From assembly GCA_043228905.1 (NCBI GenBank), contig JBHGNT010001352.1, forward strand, positions 1-9,550: a stretch of DNA of 9,550 nucleotides, read 5' to 3'. Both the position numbers and the translations under genes were made by a program. The stretch is from Azolla caroliniana (Eukaryota > Plantae > Polypodiophyta). Of the stretch, positions 9,001 through 9,550 are shown one piece after another (position 1 is the stretch's first letter; each line of letters starts with the position of its first letter). A model generated the notes under the pieces. The model was given only the letters and a program-made list of their open reading frames with translations. It did not search any database and was not told the origin of the DNA.

Positions 9001-9478
9001 CAGACTGAGAAGTTCCGAGAGGTTCAGTTAAATATCGAACGACCAAAAAAGAAACGAGGAAGGCCACATCTGAACACATTAAAGATCAGCGAACAAACGT
9101 TACAGGCTCTCAAAAAGCAGCGGTCTGAAATTTGCAGCGTCAGTGATGCGCATGCCCTGAGTGCTTTTGGTCCCAATCTTGTCGGAAATGGTCCTAATGG
9201 GGTGTGCCTTGCAATAGCAGCCCCTATGCTCACTGATAAATCAAAACTTCAACACATAACCAAACCACCAATTGTGCATTCAGGATCACTTGTTAAGCAT
9301 CAGAAGACCTTTGCAGAACGTTCTGAAGCTCGCATGTAGGACATTTCAGTTCTTTGCATGCATAACCCTTATACTTTCCAGAGAACATGAATTGCTTACT
9401 AGTGTTTTATATGAAAATCTTATATGCAGAAGGGCCCAACTCACAAAACGCGAATTTTTTCATTCCCATACATCTCAG
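5952..9478 (+). CDS. EMF2: EMF2/VRN2/FIS2-family Polycomb protein (Su(z)12 homolog, PRC2 subunit); partial spliced CDS, 9 exons in window, both ends outside
   Basis: join(5952..6023,6118..6230,6651..6715,7013..7065,7164..7217,7293..7352,8594..8652,8721..9335,9430..9478). All introns are GT-AG with compatible phases and there are no stops. The translation follows EMF2 as I recall it: QLQVHVSGEE, RLQAGQVIFHYYYYFNRLYKSEVTENYTCSFC, KGLRCHLNSSHDLFRFEF, DPRLKHF, SKSGRRRR, ERSEARIRAQLTKREFFHSHTSQ. Confidence 0.93.
6118..6230 (+). CDS. EMF2: EMF2-like exon B (GQLQVHVSGEEC...SLNGQR)
   Basis: ttgcag acceptor, gtgact donor, 113 nt. QLQVHVSGEE resembles EMF2 QVQVTISAEE, and its phase matches exon C. Confidence 0.85.
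6419..6666 (+). repeat. 124-bp tandem duplication spanning the exon C splice acceptor
   Basis: 6419-6542 versus 6543-6666, 7 mismatches by hand alignment. Confidence 0.96.
6651..6715 (+). CDS. EMF2: EMF2-like exon C (LQAGQVIFHYYYYFNRLYKSE)
   Basis: gtag acceptor, gtaagt donor, 65 nt. Matches EMF2 LRTGNVVFNYRYYNNKLQKTE. Confidence 0.93.
7013..7065 (+). CDS. EMF2: EMF2-like exon D (VTENYTCSFCVRRCVNLK), first half of the C2H2 finger
   Basis: ttgcag acceptor, GT donor at 7066, 53 nt. Matches VTEDFSCPFCLVKCASFK. Confidence 0.93.
7164..7217 (+). CDS. EMF2: EMF2-like exon E (GLRCHLNSSHDLFRFEFF), second half of the C2H2 finger
   Basis: tgcag acceptor, gtaagt donor, 54 nt. Completes CX2CX12HX4H. 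Confidence 0.95.
7293..7352 (+). CDS. EMF2: EMF2-like exon F (VTGDYRIVSVFCRNDVLGPE)
   Basis: tatag acceptor, gtatct donor, 60 nt. Resembles VTEEFQAVNVSLKTE. Confidence 0.9.
8594..8652 (+). CDS. EMF2: EMF2-like exon G (GNVRDVDGLNDPRLKHFVYW)
   Basis: T-rich tract plus cag acceptor, gtatgg donor, 59 nt. Resembles DVDPKQQTFFF. Confidence 0.88.
8721..9335 (+). CDS. EMF2: EMF2-like exon H, 615-nt linker (SKSGRRRR...KKKRGRP...QKTFAERSEAR)
   Basis: cag acceptor at 8719-8720, open frame throughout (ORF 8650-9339), gtagga donor at 9336. Both ends match EMF2 motifs (RRRR; ERSDxRN). Hidden in-frame introns cannot be excluded. Confidence 0.82.
9430..9478 (+). CDS. EMF2: EMF2-like exon I (RAQLTKREFFHSHTSQ), start of the VEFS box
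   Basis: tgcag acceptor, gtataa donor, 49 nt. Matches RSLLQKRQFFHSHRAQ. Confidence 0.93.
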
Positions 9479-9550
9479 GTATAAATCAACCATAAGAGTA
9501 AATGCCACAGCTACTTGTCAGTACACATTATAAACCCTCCTAAAACACAG

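Noticed and set aside
8650-9339. 229-aa ORF as a standalone gene
   Set aside because: It is exon H plus flanking intron read-through. Its stop lies in the next intron and the frame continues into the VEFS exon.

Overview
Land-plant nuclear DNA; a fern or other seed-free plant is my guess, not shown by the sequence. The right part (5952-9478, + strand) holds nine consecutive GT-AG exons that splice in frame into the middle of an EMF2/VRN2/FIS2-family gene (Su(z)12-like PRC2 subunit). They encode the C2H2 zinc finger, a long linker and the start of the VEFS box. The left part (1-~5514), probably one large intron of that gene, is a heavily decayed Ty1/copia LTR retrotransposon on the - strand (gag, integrase, RT, RNase H, PPT, two diverged LTR pieces). 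A 5'-truncated L1-type LINE (1851-3312, + strand, 14-bp TSD) has inserted into its RT domain. I found no convincing new biological system. The best leads are an AT-hook-like motif in the EMF2 linker exon, a 124-bp duplication creating a second, stop-producing splice acceptor, and many local tandem duplications.
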